The notes below the pieces were generated by a model, which worked only from the letters and a program-made list of their open reading frames with translations, made no database searches and had not been told where the DNA came from. Source: an uncultured Ectothiorhodospiraceae bacterium (GTDB lineage: Bacteria; Pseudomonadota; Gammaproteobacteria; UBA6429; Thiohalophilaceae). From it: DNA of 64,000 nt. This document shows positions 62,252 to 64,000 of the stretch, in pieces; the stretch's first letter is position 1, and every line of letters starts with the position of its first letter. The stretch is from positions 5,173 to 69,172 of the forward strand of contig CAMYJG010000007.1 of assembly GCA_947258695.1 (NCBI GenBank), read 5' to 3'. The position numbers were made by a program, and so were the translations under genes.

Positions 62252-64000
62252 TTGGGGTATGCGAAAATCAAGGGATTTACACTTTCAAATTTACTGAGCA
62301 GTGGCTTTGATTTTGACGAGTCAGAAAATCAGCTGCAGTTCAGATATCGCACCATCAATTATTTCATGATGATTTCACTTTTTTTTGGTGCTTTAATCGG
62401 CGTCCTCGGTGAAATGGGGTTGATGGATATTGGAAAGATCCAACCAAAAGCCAATATTTTATACGCCTTGTTTAATGCTTTTCTTATCTGGATAGCGCGG
62501 AAAAATAAACAATGGTACAGGCGAATTGCCTGGTCACAGATCCTTGCTTCATTTGCTGTTTTTGTTGTTGCACTGGTGACTGTAACGCATGATGAGTTTC
62601 GTATTGCCTGGTTCTATATTGTTGTTTATTTTGCCTACATGCTGCTGGGTGCCAGGGAAGGTAACCTGATTGCCGTGTTATCGATTTCTTTAATAATTTT
62701 GTTACATAATATTATTGATCTGAATTTATCTGCCACAGCTATTGCCACGGCAATATTCAGCCTGATTGCGTTTGCTTTATTAAGCCGGGTTTATAGTACT
62801 CAAATAAAAAAATATGAGACTCAGCTAGAGAACAAAACCTATGACTTAGCCGCAGTAATAAAAAACCTTGATTTTGCCTTAGAAGGTGCGCATGCCGCGA
62901 GTAAAACAAAAAGTTTATTCTTAGCAAACATGAGTCATGAGATTCGCACACCGATGAACGGGATGTTAAGCCTGGTACAAGTACTAAGAACTACCAAGCT
63001 GGATGAAAAACAAAAAGAGTACCTTGAGTCGATTGATCGTGCTGGTGGCATTCTAATTACACTGATCGATGATTTACTTGATTTATCCCGCATAGAATCC
63101 GGTAAGCTAGAAATAAATATTAAAACATTTAAGCTTTGGGAATTTTTAGAAGATATTTTATTGCAGGTGGAATATCTGTTTGATGAAAAAAGAGATGTAC
63201 ATTTTAATGTTGATGTTATGGACGACATGCCGGCATATTTGGTGACCGATGATGTTCGTTTAAAACAGGTTGTTATTAACCTCATCAATAACGCAGTAAA
63301 ATTTACCTCTTACGGTGAGGTTAATTTGATCATGAATGGCAAGATGATGGATGATGAACGTTTCAAACTGCATATAGAGGTGAGCGATACCGGAATGGGT
63401 ATTCCTGAAGAAAAAATTGATAGTATATTTGAACCATTCCAGCAACTTTCACCGACTCGTATATACAACAAAGGCGTTGGTTTAGGCTTACCGATTTGTA
63501 AAAAAATTATTGATGCATTAAAAGGCAATATAAAAATTGAATCTGTAGTTGATAAAGGATCACGTTTTATCTTAGATTTTATTGTCCCTGTTGCAATAAA
63601 AGATGGGCCAAGTAGTAAAAAGATAACGAAAAATGTTTCATTAGAACCTATTACTATTTTGTTGGTTGAAGATGATCAGATAAGTCGTCTTGCAGTTAAA
63701 ACCTGGCTACAAGGTAAAAATCATGAGGTAGTGATTGCTGAAAATGGCAAAAAGGCAGTGGATTATCTGCAAGACAATACGGCTGATATCATCTTAATGG
63801 ATGTGCACATGCCCGAAATGGATGGTATTGAAGCGACTAAAATAATTAAACAAGAAAGTTTAAGTAAGGCGCCAATTATTGGTATGACAGCAAGCGTAAT
63901 GAACGATGAGCGCGAAAGCTATATTGCCGCGGGAATGGATGAGTTAGTTGAAAAGCCGGTTAATTTTGAAAGCTTAATAAGTATTATTAAATCAAAACTA
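62252..64000 (+). CDS. Hybrid sensor histidine kinase/response regulator; the 3' end lies beyond the window
   Basis: Hand-translated open frame, absent from the ORF track because it has no stop in the window. The frame opens after the TAA at 62204. Candidate starts are TTG 62252 and ATG 62366. It has multi-TM N-terminal helices, H-box SHEIRTPMNG (nt ~62933), an HATPase domain (GVGLGLPICKKI) and a REC domain (ILLVEDD…LMDVHMPEMDG). Confidence 0.8.
   Translation, partial: MGYAKIKGFTLSNLLSSGFDFDESENQLQFRYRTINYFMMISLFFGALIGVLGEMGLMDIGKIQPKANILYALFNAFLIWIARKNKQWYRRIAWSQILASFAVFVVALVTVTHDEFRIAWFYIVVYFAYMLLGAREGNLIAVLSISLIILLHNIIDLNLSATAIATAIFSLIAFALLSRVYSTQIKKYETQLENKTYDLAAVIKNLDFALEGAHAASKTKSLFLANMSHEIRTPMNGMLSLVQVLRTTKLDEKQKEYLESIDRAGGILITLIDDLLDLSRIESGKLEINIKTFKLWEFLEDILLQVEYLFDEKRDVHFNVDVMDDMPAYLVTDDVRLKQVVINLINNAVKFTSYGEVNLIMNGKMMDDERFKLHIEVSDTGMGIPEEKIDSIFEPFQQLSPTRIYNKGVGLGLPICKKIIDALKGNIKIESVVDKGSRFILDFIVPVAIKDGPSSKKITKNVSLEPITILLVEDDQISRLAVKTWLQGKNHEVVIAENGKKAVDYLQDNTADIILMDVHMPEMDGIEATKIIKQESLSKAPIIGMTASVMNDERESYIAAGMDELVEKPVNFESLISIIKSKL

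Overview
AT-rich gammaproteobacterial chromosome, replication-origin neighbourhood; I cannot name the species. It is almost entirely core housekeeping. Left to right: atpHFEBI(-), parBA(-), rsmG(-), DUF302 gene(-), mnmG(-); a 600-aa PilZ-like orphan(+) with a 73-aa convergent ORF; a divergent lexA(+); gyrB-recF-dnaN-dnaA(-), diverging from rpmH-rnpA-yidD-yidC-mnmE(+). Next come tgpA-DUF58-moxR(-), four small hydrolase-type genes, type III glutamine synthetase glnN(+), a CPXCG/MMPL pair and fbp(-), then plsC-gmhB-mazG-like-glyS-glyQ(-). After that: a PP-loop ATPase, a TusA-like gene and a CDF transporter(+); glnA-DUF4124-ntrB-ntrC(+); an MSHA-type type IV pilus block mshE..mshQ(-) with two extra genes; class-1 pyrD-like(-), trmL(+) and a truncated hybrid histidine kinase(+). 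I saw no prophage, integrase, transposase, CRISPR array, tRNA/rRNA gene or recognisable defence island. The points most worth a second look are these. (1) Six intergenic nested palindromic elements built from phased 9-bp units, in two sequence families. (2) An oriC-like DnaA-box and A/T tract in the dnaA-dnaN spacer, plus an apparent origin-centred inversion relative to Pseudomonas-type synteny. (3) An msh locus that lacks mshHIJKLMN locally and carries an embedded Wzy_C/TPR gene and an orphan 4-TM gene. (4) A PP-loop / TusA-like / CDF arrangement with TAATG coupling. (5) An 18-bp palindromic sequence present twice inside recF. (6) A three-promoter sigma54/NtrC regulon sharing exact 9-10-mers. 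All calls come from reading the sequence and the ORF track by eye; no searches or statistics were run. I do not claim a clearly novel multi-gene system here.
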